Source of the DNA: Torpedo marmorata
Lineage: Eukaryota
Direction: 5' to 3'
Assembly: GCA_977017645.1 (NCBI GenBank)
Contig: OZ360222.1
Coordinates: 79,422,001 to 79,486,000, forward strand
DNA: 64,000 bases
The first letter of the stretch is position 1. The number at the start of each line of letters is the position of its first letter. Made by a program: the position numbers and the translations under genes. The notes below the pieces were generated by a model. The model was not told where the DNA came from and made no database searches. It worked only from the letters and a program-made list of their open reading frames with translations. Below, piece after piece: positions 24,335 through 36,059 of the stretch.

Positions 24335-24507
24335 TTCTCTCTGGGATCTCCTTGGGAGTGGAGAACACCGAACAGGGGTACGAGTTTCCGACCTTTCTGG
24401 AGCAGCTAAATTCTCCTCGTTCATTTCTCTCAGGGATCTCCTCGGGAGTGGAGAACACTGTACAGGGGTACGAGTTTCTGATCTTTCCGGAGCAGCTAAA
24501 TTCTCCT
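24335..24507. repeat. In-frame tandem duplication, 90-bp period, in the integrase C-terminal tail
   Basis: ENLAAPERSETRTPV(Q/R)CSPLPRRS occurs twice in ORF 24296-24619. Confidence 0.9.
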
Positions 24508-26046
24508 TGTTCCTTGGCACAATGGTTTGCCTTTCGGATGCTTGGCTAGCCTCTTGCCCTGGTGCAGCCTTCCCAGCTGGTATTTCTGTAACCGGTACTG
24601 AGGCTTTCCAAGGGGCCACAAAATCTGGCTGTGTCCAAACCAGAACGTCTAAGAGCTCTTCCGGGGCCGAATTGAAACTGTAGTCTTCGACTGTTCTTAG
24701 CTGGTCTGTGTGTCTTTTCCATATGTTGTCTCTGACCAGTACAGAATATGAACATGGGCTTAGTTTTTTTTAAGAGCACGCCTCTTACCCAAGTCTCTTT
24801 ATTTTGCCTATAGTCTCTTACAAGTACTGGTTCCCCAATCTCCAGAGATCTGGTTGATTTGTTTGGTGATGTTGATTGTTGGATGCGAAGTCTGATATTT
24901 GGGTGTACTGCAGTAAGTCGTGTTCTTAAGTTCCGTCCAAACATCAGTTCCGCTGGCGTGTGTTTTGTGGTGGAGTGCAGCGTTGTTCTATATGACAGCA
25001 GAAAATCTGCAATGTTATGGTTGCAGATGGGTGACGCTCTATTTGACTTTCTGGCCTTCATTGCCCTTTTAAAAGTCTGTAAAAAACGCTCGGCTTCCCC
25101 ATTGGTACTAGGGTGATATGGTGCTGATAATATGTGTTTCACATTGTTGTTTCTTAGAAATCGCTTGAAAGCATCCGATACAAATTGAGGCCCATTGTCC
25201 GAGACCAGCTGTATCGGCAACCCATACTCTGCGAACACACTGCGTAATTTCTCGATGGTCTTTTCTGTTGTTGTTGATCGCTCCAACCACACAATAGGCC
25301 ATTTGGAGTGTGCATCCACAATAATTAGAAAGGTTTCTCCCATGAATGGCCCAGCGAAATCAATGTGAATCCTATGCCATGGTTGTGACGGCCATTTCCA
25401 TGGATTTGCTTCTGCTTGACGTGCCTTTGGTTGCATTTCTTGACAGATGTGGCACCTCCATACCAGCTGTTCAATGTCCCTGTCAATTTCTGGCCACCAG
25501 ACGTGCATACGTGCCAGCGCCTTCATCCATACCATTCCAAGATGATTGGTGTGGAGCTCCTGTAACAAAGCCTCCTGCCATTTTTTTGGAATGATCGTTC
25601 TTGTCCCCCACAACAGGCAACCCTCTTCAATAGATATTTCATTTCGCCTTGTGTAAAACGGCCTTAGTTCGGGGGTGATGCTCTCGGCGTCTGGCCACCC
25701 ATTTAAGGTGAGGTACATAACTTTTGACAATGTAGCCTCCTTTCTTACTTCTTGGCTGATGGCCTTAGATGTGATTGGTATTTGACGCAGTTGTTCTTGG
25801 TTGATGGCCGTGGCTTCTGCCGTCCAATTGTTATTCCCTTCACTCTGTTCTGTCGTAGGCAGGGGTAAGCGTGATAATGCATCCGCATGGCTGTTCTTGT
25901 CCGCAGAGCGATGTTTTATATCATAATCATACGCCGCAAGCTCCATCGCCCACCTTTGGATTCTTGCCGCCGCTAATACTGGGATACCTTTCTTCGGTCC
26001 TAAAATTCTTTCTTCGGTCTTCGGTCCTTTCTTCGGTCCTAAAAGT

Positions 26047-26119
26047 GGCTCCATAGCTCAGTGGTTAGAGCACTGGTCTTGTAAACCAGGGGTTGAGAGT
26101 TCGTTCCTCGCTGGGGCCT
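26047..26119 (+). pseudogene. tRNA-Thr(TGT)-like sequence (SINE head, probably not a functional tRNA)
   Basis: GGCTCCATAGCTCAGTGGTTAGAGCACTGGTCT-TGT-AAACCAGGGGTTGAGAGTTCGTTCCTCGCTGGGGCCT, 73-nt cloverleaf; T-stem mismatch, T-loop A58 replaced, no T4 terminator directly downstream. Confidence 0.85.
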
Positions 26120-26248
26120 CATTTCTGTGAGGGGCGCTGGACAAAGTAACGACTCTCTGTCTTCCTTACGGTAGACAAAGTTAAAGAATTTCATGTATGT
26201 TACATTCTAAATGTAGTATTATGTGACAATAATGGTACCTTTACCTTT
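26047..26248 (+). mobile_element. tRNA-Thr-derived SINE with a Rex1/Babar-type 3' tail
   Basis: Complete tRNA head, about 70-bp body, tail gaatttcatg...gtgacaataatggtacctttaccttt; splits the Gypsy RNase H motif DNKPLSL/ILGPKKGIP. Confidence 0.8.
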
Positions 26249-28814
26249 AAACTCAGTGGCTTGTTATCCGTCACCAAAATGAATTTTCTACCATTTATGT
26301 ATTGGTGAAATTGTTTAAGACCAAATATAATGGCCAATCCTTCCTTTTCTATTTGTGCATAATTTCTTTCACAGCCGTTAAGGAGCGGGTCGCATATGCC
26401 ACTGGCTGTTCCTCTTTTTCTGTGGTTTGTGATAACACTGCCCTCAGACCAACGAGTGAAGCATCGACAGCTCAGGTCACTTCTTTATCTGGCTCATAGT
26501 GGATAAGAACATTATCACTTGAGGTCAATAGTTCCTTCACCTGATTAAAAACTTTGTCTGTTTCATCATTCCAGCACCATGTAAGATCTTTTTTTAATAA
26601 ATGGTTTAGCGGGCTGCAAAGGGTAGACATATTAGGAATGTGTTTCCGATAATGATTAACCAACTCCAAGAAATTTGCAACTCCGCTCGGTTTGATGGGC
26701 AGGAAGCTCTGCGAACGGCTTCGGTGCCCGCTGTATCCATTCTGACCCCTTCGTGGTCAATCATGAACCCCAAATATGTTACTGAAGGCGCCATAAAGGC
26801 ACACTTGTCTTGACGCAGTCGAACTTTAGCTTGTTCTAACCTGGCTAGGACCTTTTCCAGGGTAGTTAGGTGTTCTGCGTCGCCCGGAACCATTATGATA
26901 ATGTCGTCTAAGTAGCGTCCAACATTTATTCCTTGTAATAACTTATCCATCACTGACTGAAATATTCCAGGTGCTGATGATATCCCATATGGCATTCTCG
27001 TATACGTAAACAATCCTAGGTGGGTGTTGATAGCCACATATTTTTTTTAATTCCGGATCCAGTTCAACTTGTTGGTACGCTTGCGATAAGTCTAACTTAG
27101 TGAACTTTTTTCCCCCATTCAGGGCTTGAAATAATTCTTCCGCTCTCGGAATTGGATGTCCGGGCACTTGCAGGGCTTGGTTTATTGTGACCTTGTAATC
27201 ACTACAAATTCTTATTTCGCCGCTGGGTTTTCTGACCGGTACAATAGGAGCAGCCCAGTCACTATATTGAAGTTTTTCGATTATTCCTTCCGCTTCTAGT
27301 CTATTCAGTTCCGTCTCAATTCCCCTTTTTAATTGCAAAAGGTACTGGCTTTGGTTTAAAAAACGTAGCTTTTGCTTCAGATTTTACTTGTAATTTGACT
27401 TGGACTCCCTGAATTTTTCCCAGGCTTTTTCCAAACACGCATTGGTATTTCAAAAGCACTTGTTGTAACTTTGATTTCTCGTCATCCACTGTTTGTACCT
27501 TCTTCATGGCCCAAATTTCCTTCCAATCTAGTGGAACGTGTGTCAACCAATCTCTTCCCAACAATGCGGGTCCTTTCGTCTCTACGATATTGAGAGATAG
27601 TCCTTTCTTAGTACTTCCTTCATATTCAATGTTTACTTTGCATTTCCCTAGCACTTTGATTTTTTGTCCGGTAATTGTCTTTAAAACAATGTCGGATCGT
27701 TTTATGTCAAGCTTTGGCAGTAGTTTTTCTTTCAGATTTTTTGACATTAAGGATACAGCAGCCCCTGTGTCGAGTTCCATGTGGACCGGTTCATTATTGA
27801 TTTTCATTCGAATAAGAATTTCCAACTTGCGATTACTTAAACTGAGAATATAATGTACTGACACTGTTCCTTCTTCTTTGGAATCACTTTGGTACTCTGG
27901 CTCACTTTCTTCATCTCCCCTAAGGTTTTTAACCTTGGAAGATCGTTTCTTATACCTCCATGGCAGGGTTTTCGTCCTCCTGTGGTCCTCTTTCTCTTTT
28001 TTTCCTTTCCATCCTGGGCATCTTGCCTTGGTGTGCCCCACCTTATCACATAAGAAACATTTAGCATTTTTTTAAAAACAGTAATTAGGGCTGTGGTTTT
28101 TCTTTCCACACCAAAAACATTCTCGTTGGTCCATTTTCTTGATCACGTGCTCCCCCTGAATAATCGTGGTATTATGTTGGGCCATTTCAAAACCTAATGC
28201 TATGTCATAGGTGGACTTGATGTCTAATTCCTTTGCACTTAACAATCTTTGTTGGGCCTGACCGTTCGCTAACCCGATCACTAATATGTCTCTCAAAGCT
28301 TCGTCCAAAAAGGTACCAAAATTACAAGTTTCGGACAGCTTACGCAGTTCAGCTAGATATTGGCTGACTGTTTCCCTGGATTTTTGCTTTTTGGTATAAC
28401 ATTTAAATCTTTCGGCGATTACTGACGATTTTGGTGACAGATGTTCTCCAACCAGGTCACACAATTCTTTATAAGACTTGGAATTTGGTTTTTGTGGTGC
28501 CACTAAATTCTTGATCAGACTATATGTTCTGCTTCCCACTTCACTTAAAAACAGTGCCCGTTTTTTCTTACGGATCTCAGTATCAATCACATGATGGGCC
28601 TCACAGTACATATCAAATCTGTCCACATAATCAAGCCAGTCTTCGGTCTCCTTATATTCTCCAAAATGCCCTTCTGCCATTTTGTCTTTCTGCTGAATAC
28701 TTGCTTTCCTTCTGTTGTCTTCTGACCTTAATTCCGATGAAATTCCTTTATTTCTGATTTATTTTTAGCTGAAACCCTGTAGCTTCCGTCGTCCGGAGTT
28801 CGGATATTTTTTTT

Positions 28815-28827
28815 ATCCTCGTCACCA
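28815..28827 (-). other. Primer-binding site, tRNA-Ser(GCT) type
   Basis: TGGTGACGAGGAT 3 nt inside the 5' LTR; as I recall it, the tRNA-Ser(GCT) 3' end is ATCCTCGTCGCCA, giving one mismatch at a CpG. Confidence 0.7.
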
Positions 28828-28830
28828 GTC

Positions 28831-28993
28831 TGTCATATCCACATTAATTCAGACACTTCTTGTGGAGCAGTTGGCATACTTTATTCACTAAGTAAGATGG
28901 TGCACACAATTATGAACCGCGCCCTTACCGTGGCGCTTACGTAATCCCGTCACCCGCGTAACTTGCGTGATGACGTAACGCATTCCCACAACA
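28831..28993 (-). repeat. 5' LTR of the Gypsy element
   Basis: Direct repeat of 23981-24143; followed on minus by the PBS. Confidence 0.95.
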
Positions 28994-31506
28994 CAGTGAC
29001 ACCACTTGCAATACAGAATATATTACAGGTTTTCAGGTTAATCACAATACTTATATATTCATAGACTTGGCAAAATCTGTGACCTAAATCAACAAGACTA
29101 TAGATCAGAACTATCTTCAGGTAAAAGTCCTTTAACAGAGGGGAAAAAAAGTTTTTTTTTTGTGTGGGAAGAACTTTTATTTAGCTGGTTTGCAGAATCA
29201 TTTTGTCACTGCTCTCCTTCATCTCCCGGTAGGCTGAGCTGCCTGGTTGATCCGTCCAGGGGGACGGGTGTCAGACCAGTGCAGGTGTCAGTGGCTGCTG
29301 GTGAGTGATTGCGCCATCAGCCTCCCACTGTGATCTATCATGCAGGCCAGGCCAGTGAAGAATCACAGCTACAGCAAGGTGCTGAGCCCAGCAACATATC
29401 ATTAAACAAGGTTACAAGGAGCAGATTTGTTCCTATGATCAATCTGGTCAACAATGGTCCCGCTTTACTGTTTTTCAGCAAAGCGTAAACAGGTATTGTG
29501 AGCAAAACTTGGACTTAACCCTTTCACTGACTTCACCTACTTGTGGTGGCATCGTCCATGTGAGCTGCAATAATGCGTGTGTTCCACTCTATTGTTGCAT
29601 GTACTTCGTTGGTTACCAGAGAAAAACTGATGCCACAGTGTCTTAAACAATCAAAGTTTTTAAAAAAAAGTTACATAATGCTGCAAATCTGTTATATCCT
29701 TTTGGGCACGATTCCCTGTATTTTTAATTTATTGTAAATATATAAGAGAATCAATGAGATTCCAACACTACTTTGCTGAGGTTGCTCTGTTGGGGAATTT
29801 GAATGAAGGGCTAAACACTAATTAGGAATTGACAATGCAATGAGCAAGATCTGATGGCACCCTGAGTGTGATAATGGCAGCAGATTGGCTGTCATTCTAA
29901 TTGTGGTGTTTATTCTAAAAGCATGTGATGTGGCATGATTCTTACTTGGGTATTTCATATTTTGACTGCAGAGATTAATATTGTGCAGTTTCTAGCAATA
30001 GTGTGTTTTTGTTTTTAATATCCTATTAACCCCTACTGCACCAGACACACAATAAGCCCCACGTCCATCAGTTGGATCTACTGTTTGCCTGTGACATTAA
30101 AAAATAAACCCATTACATGACTATTACACAGTCTTTACATTCTTGAACCATCTTTGGGGTCAGTTTTCAGTTAAAGAAGGTCTTTGACAAGTTCCTCCCA
30201 CCACCAAAATGGATGCTGGGACCTAGGAGGAAGAAAACTGGTAAGTGATTTCCTTTTAAAAATAAAACTATTTGATGAGGAAGCTGGGATCAAATCAAAT
30301 AAATTAGCTCAGGAATGATAATTAAAAGCAATGTTATAATATTAAAAAGGACAAGAATCAAGAAAAGTGAAGTAAAATGGGAAATAAAGTGAAAAAAATA
30401 GTAAGCAATAAAGCTTTGATTATTTTTCTTCAGATTGCATTTGAAGTATTTTATAGCTCATATAGCTATGGATCATATTGCAACAGCATGATACCAGTGT
30501 AATTTTGCTGCTGTAATAATTTATGTTCATTCTTAAATAAAACTGAGAATTGCTGATAAAAGTAAACTAGAATTTCATTGGAATTGTTGGCAGCCTCAGA
30601 GTTAAGGACCAACAGCTGTCAGACAAAGGAACATTAAGAAAGATCAACATTTAATTCAATGCAAAAATGTTGGAAAATCCTGTCTACAAAGTAAACAGCA
30701 TGAAGATAAACTCAAGCATTTAAATACTATATTGATGAAAAATTATGTTACCTTGTTCCTGAAATGTCAAAATGTTCCTGAACCTTGTAGATCCTTGAAT
30801 TCCTGAGAGAGCCCACCCACCTAGGCAAGTAGAAAGAGAACTAACTATTTTGGAAAGCAGTGATAAGTCACGGCTGTGTTATAGTCCCATGAATTTCCAA
30901 AGTGAATTAAGTGAAAATCCCTCTGTATAGTTAGAGAGATTCATGGGACTGCCTGTGCAGCTCTGTTACAAGATTTACTGACGTTTTTTTTTCCGAGGTT
31001 CTAGGATTTTACAAGAGAAAAGCTTTTTATTTAATGGTGTCGTTAGGGTTAGCTTGCATTTCGCAGTGACTCTGAAGCATGCATACAGATATTGTATTGT
31101 ATTCATTAGCTGCACATGCATAAAACTAAGCAGCCAGTAACGCAAGGTGAAAGATAGGATGATACCAATGACCTGGAATTTTGTTAAATTAAACGATAAT
31201 TTCTTTTTGTCTTGAGTATGTGTGGCAATAAATGCCCCTGCGTTTTGATTAACCACTTTGGCCTGCGGCCTTTGCATTCAATCAGCACAGTAGCTGTTTA
31301 TTGCCTCATACTTTCCGGAGAAATGAAATTTATTAGTATTATGCTGCATTTACTAAGAGCTGGTCTAAACATTTTGAGAAAAAGTGTGAATTTATATGTG
31401 AATTTATCTGTGTTGTAGTCACTTGACACTGTACAAGAAATTGTTGCCAAAATATCTCTTCAAATGGATGGTGCTTTGAAATGTTTGACTATTTCTCCCA
31501 AGTGTT

Positions 31507-31757
31507 GGTGGCATGGTTAGCATAGTAGTTAGCACAATGCTATCGCAGCGCCAGTGATGCGGGTTCTAATTCGCTGCTGTGGGTAGGGAGTTTGTATGTT
31601 CTCTGTGTGACTGCATACATTTCCTCAGTGCTCTGGTTTCTTCCCACATTCTAGAGATGTACAGATTAGTAGGTTACATATGGGTGTATTTGGGCAGTGT
31701 GGGATCGTGGGCCTGAAGGGTCTGTTACCATGTTGTATCTTTAAATTTAAATTAAAG
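31507..31757 (+). mobile_element. V-SINE (HE1-like) tRNA-derived SINE
   Basis: Core ggagtttgtatgttctc...ctctggtttcttcccacattc; CR1-like tail gggcctgaagggtctgttaccatgttgtatct. Confidence 0.8.
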
Positions 31758-34700
31758 TAATATTTAGCTAGTAACTGCAGGAAGTTATACATATTATGTT
31801 ATCAGCTATCAAATTAGCATGCCACAAATCTAAGAACTTTATGTGGTTGGAGTTTATTCAGATATGAGCTAGTAAATGCCAATTCTCAATTGCAACACTT
31901 ACTGATGAATTCTATTAAATGATAGTAGCTAATCACAACACTCAACTGCACCAATGCTTCATCATAACATTCGTAAATGATAATGCTAACTTGCAATATG
32001 CATTCACACACCCAGTGAATGTTAATAAAATACTTACTAGTATTAGAATGCATCTGTAAGTATTGAAATAGTGCATAAATTCACTGGGAAAGACAAGCTC
32101 CGACCTGGTGTTATTTTCAGTTCCATTACTCATGAGCCGGAAGGGCCTGTTACTGCTGTATGTCTAAATTATTGTGGGATATTTACTTGCATGTAACATT
32201 TTATTTTGAAGACCACTTGCCTGCTCATGATTGTAAACAGCTTTCATATGGCAAATTAACAACATGGCAGCATTAATTAATTAACACACAAAAACTTTTT
32301 TTTGTTAAACTTAGCTGCAAATATATTTTTGTTTCTAGTTTTGTAAGGTTTTCAAGTTGGTTTTCTGTTTTCTTTACAAATCTATGCAATAATTTGAATA
32401 TGTAGATTTTAATCAGTGAAGAAAATTGTATAAAAGAAAGTTAAATATAGATAGTTATCAGAATTATTTTAGCTGTGTTATCTCTTCAAAGGGATATATA
32501 TTTTGTGATGTTTTCAGTTTTATTACTTGATTAGACATGTGTGATCCATGTTGGATCTTGTTGCATCAATATGATTGTCAAAATATTTCTGGTTGGCTAT
32601 GGGTTACTTCATATATCGTACTTGATTTTAATCTCTTGATGCCATTCTCAGTTGACAGCAATACTTTTGGTCCATTTTTGCAATCAACATCTATGCAGTG
32701 GGTTTTTGACAAATTGAATTATAATTTAATAATCACAAAAATACCTCTAATTCACATCCAAAAAATATTACAAGAGGGATGAACAGCATCCACCCCATTC
32801 TTCACATTACTTGCCCTCTCTTTTGAATTAAAATTCACTCTATTTTTAGCAGAGTGCTAAATGCATTTGTGTCAAATTTCTGAGTGCCCTGTGTGAATGA
32901 AACTGAAAATAAATGGGATAATGCTGCTGAAAAAGCATGGAATCTCATGCATTAGTGGTGTTCAAAAATGGCACAGTGAAGTTTCAATTTCATGAAGCTT
33001 TTTCTTCAATCATTTTGATTGTTGTACTTGTCCAAATATTATCTTGGACAAATCAGGATCTATTTTCCAATATAATAAACACAAAACTTCTGAGTCTTAA
33101 AATTGTGTTGTTATATGAATGTTTAACATTTTTTCTTTGAAAATTCTCTCTAGTAGTATAAGAGAAGACCTTTGGACAGATACATTATTGGTACATATAT
33201 TTTATTGACACCATAATTTTATGCATTGGTAAAATACAGCAAGACCAAATATAATTTGTTAACAATCTGAATGTTTGTGAAAACATCGAGCATTCTTTTA
33301 AAATTTCAGTAAAACATTGCTAAAATAAATAAAGAATAAACAGTAACAAATCTCATCTCTTATCCTTATATCCAGTGAATGTTCTAACTGGATGCCTCAG
33401 AGTATTTTTACTGTCTGTTATATGGATGGGATTTCGGTCATATCCTTCATCACTGCCATTTTAAAATTTTGTGAAAAACAACAGCACAATTTTTTCACTT
33501 TTTGTGTTTACTTCTACTGCTCAGCACCACTGGTGTTTGTCTATGTCAATAATTACCTTGTCCTTCCTGGTTTCTCTGTACTCTTATTACCACTTTTCAC
33601 CTAAGGAGAGATTAGTTCCCTCTGGTCAATTCCTGACCACAATGACACTGTCCATCCAAACCTATTAGGCCCCAATGAATCTGTTTGCTACCATTGCCAT
33701 GTATCCTAAAGATTGCCAGATCTAACTTCCGTGAATAAGCTGTGACAGAAATCTAGTGTAACACTTAACCCTTTCATTCAATATCATGTTTTAGGAAGTA
33801 CAATAATCATTTGCCACATTAACAATACCAAAAATGGCAAATAAAAAATGCATACAAAAATATTGGAAGTTGGCATTGATATAAATACATTCAAACACAA
33901 TAGAAGCATTAGTTAACTTAAAGATATGTCACCACTAAATTACCAAGTCAAATAAACTCGAACATGAGTGATTGAATTGTGCTGGAGATCGTTCCACAGT
34001 GGTGGCCTTTTTCAGAGGTGATTTCTGAATTGAGATATAATAAAGTATATTCAGATGTAAAATATTATACTGATTCAATCAATTTGATTTCCAAATACAA
34101 TAATAATGAATTTCAAATGAATTACTAGAGTCAGAATTTACCCATCATGACTACCATCAAAGTTGAACTATAATTCTGTACAATATAATCGTATCATAGT
34201 TCTGCATAATTGTTCAGAGCTATAGAGTAAAATGACCTTTGATATATTCATCCGCATGATATAACAGATAAATCCTCTCTTTCCTGGATATACAAACATC
34301 AGAAATGGAATATACTTTAATTTACCACCCTGCAGTATTTCTGGTTAAAAAAGAAATGATGATTGCAGTTCTGTAAAAGTGACAGAGTATGGGTTGTTCA
34401 TTATGAACTTTCTGTGGGAAAGGTCACATCTGAGGTTTATACCCGATTAAAATAAATCATCATTTGTTTCAATTTATTTTCCTGAATGAACAATAAACAG
34501 TTGAATGTTTTTGCAACCTCACCTGCTTGTTCTAATGTAGCAAAAACCTGCAGCTGATGAATTAGGTGGTTAGGGTTCATTTGTTGATTGCAGCAATGAT
34601 TTTCTTTTATTTCATTGGCTGGCATAAGCATAGCGTATAGGTGGGTACAATTGTTGCAAGGTGCCCCAGACTTCATCTTACAAAAAGCTAACAGAGGTTG

Positions 34701-35474
34701 TTGCTAGGTATTAACAGTGAAGGCACATTTTTTGCCAAATGCACAGTTAACTGCAGTTTAGCAAGTGATCACAGTTGCTTAAGTATGAAACAAACATGGA
34801 AATTCCACTTATCAACTTTTATTTTCAAAGGATAGACCACCAGAGAAATACAAAATGGGAAAAGATACCATAAGCTAAGGAGAGGTGTGAAGCTGCACAA
34901 TTATTATTTATTTGAGAGTGGTGATAACACACAGAATTTACTGCAACATATGTTCTACTGTGAGAGCAGAATGGTCCCGAGGCTTTGTAGAAATACATGT
35001 TGCCAATTTTAACAATAGGTTGGATATCACTCCTGTTGCCTAGTTATCATCTCTTTACAGGTCAATGTTGCAGGTGCAAGATACAGACATGGAACTGAAG
35101 CCATTGTTATCACAGCATTGAACCAGGATTGTTTTTCATGAGCTACTGCTGAATCAAATTAAGAAAGTAATGGCCATTTTGCTACTTCTGAAATGGAAGA
35201 TGTTTATCCAGATATTTCTTTCCAGTAGGCTCAGCACCAATATGATGGTTCCATGTTACATTACTCCATTATGAGTTTGAAAATTATGCTGTTCCCCATT
35301 ATTTGGACAATGATAGACACCTTTACAACATATTCTCTCTGGACTTGACTTGACTTTGCTTGACTCTCCCATTCTTGGTGGTAGTGAGTCATTAATTGGT
35401 GGAAACTCAGTGTAGTTGCAATATTTCATTAGCTGTGTTATATAAGGTGCCCGTAACTTAACACAAGGCATGTT

Positions 35475-35742
35475 TTAAATTTAAATTTAAACATTTTTAA
35501 AAATCTAGACATACAGCATGGTAACAGGCCCTTCCAGCCCAGGAACCCGTGCTGCCAAAATACCCCAATTAACCTAAAACCCCCATATGATTTTGTAAGG
35601 AGGGAGGAAACCGGAGCACCTGGAGGAAACCCACGTAGACACTGCGAGAACGTACAGACTCCTTGCAGACAGTGTCGGATTCAAACCCAGTTCGCTGGCA
35701 CTGTAATAGCATTGAGTTAACTGCTACACTAATCGTGCTGCC
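35475..35742 (-). mobile_element. V-SINE (HE1-like)
   Basis: gggaggaaaccggagcacctggaggaaacccacgtagacactgcgagaacgtacagactcc is the reverse complement of the V-SINE core. Confidence 0.85.
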
Positions 35743-36059
35743 AGCATGTTGTTAATGAAGGAGAGAAAACCAAATGGAAGCCACAAAATTATTGACTGAG
35801 TTAAAAACTAGTTAAATGTGGACCTCTGAGTTGAGGTTCTTGCTGTCTGAAATTAGTGGGGAGGTGTGACAGAGAGGGCAGGAAATCAAAACAGTCTGTC
35901 AATAGTAAAATGAGGTGATAGAGTACTGAATACCACCCTTGGAAGCCCATAGAAAAAAAGTTTAATGAGCTCACTAGGTCAATGAAGTTGAGGATTAGAA
36001 TTGATTATTTGCACAGCTCAATTCAATACACGAATGCCACTTAACCATTTATTTTTTGA

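Larger units (their letters stand above)
24296..28680 (-). pseudogene. gag-pol polyprotein pseudogene (two CCHC knuckles, aspartic protease, RT, RNase H, DDE integrase)
   Basis: CFWCGKKNHSPNYC and CFLCDKVGHTKARC; LDTGA; YLDD; AVDAS; HTNHLG...CHIC, HIDFAGP, SDNGPQF, NGEAER. In-frame stops at 28072 and 26472, several frameshifts and a SINE insertion. Confidence 0.93.
23981..28993 (-). mobile_element. Full-length Ty3/Gypsy LTR retrotransposon (Mag-like), defective
   Basis: Two 163-bp TG..CA LTRs; 5-bp TSD CAGTG at 23976-23980 and 28994-28998; PBS TGGTGACGAGGAT at 28815-28827; PPT at about 24144-24157; gag-PR-RT-RH-IN order. Confidence 0.95.

Noticed and set aside
24546-26054. 502-aa ORF as a standalone integrase gene
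   Set aside because: Its ATG comes from the antisense SINE head and junction filler; it is part of the broken gag-pol.
26047-26119. Functional tRNA-Thr(TGT) gene
   Set aside because: T-stem mismatch, loss of the conserved T-loop A, no oligo-T terminator, and it lies inside a retrotransposon with a LINE-type tail.
28040-28075. Programmed frameshift or readthrough between gag and pol
   Set aside because: The TAA is in frame and falls between the two zinc knuckles; a nonsense mutation is the simpler reading.
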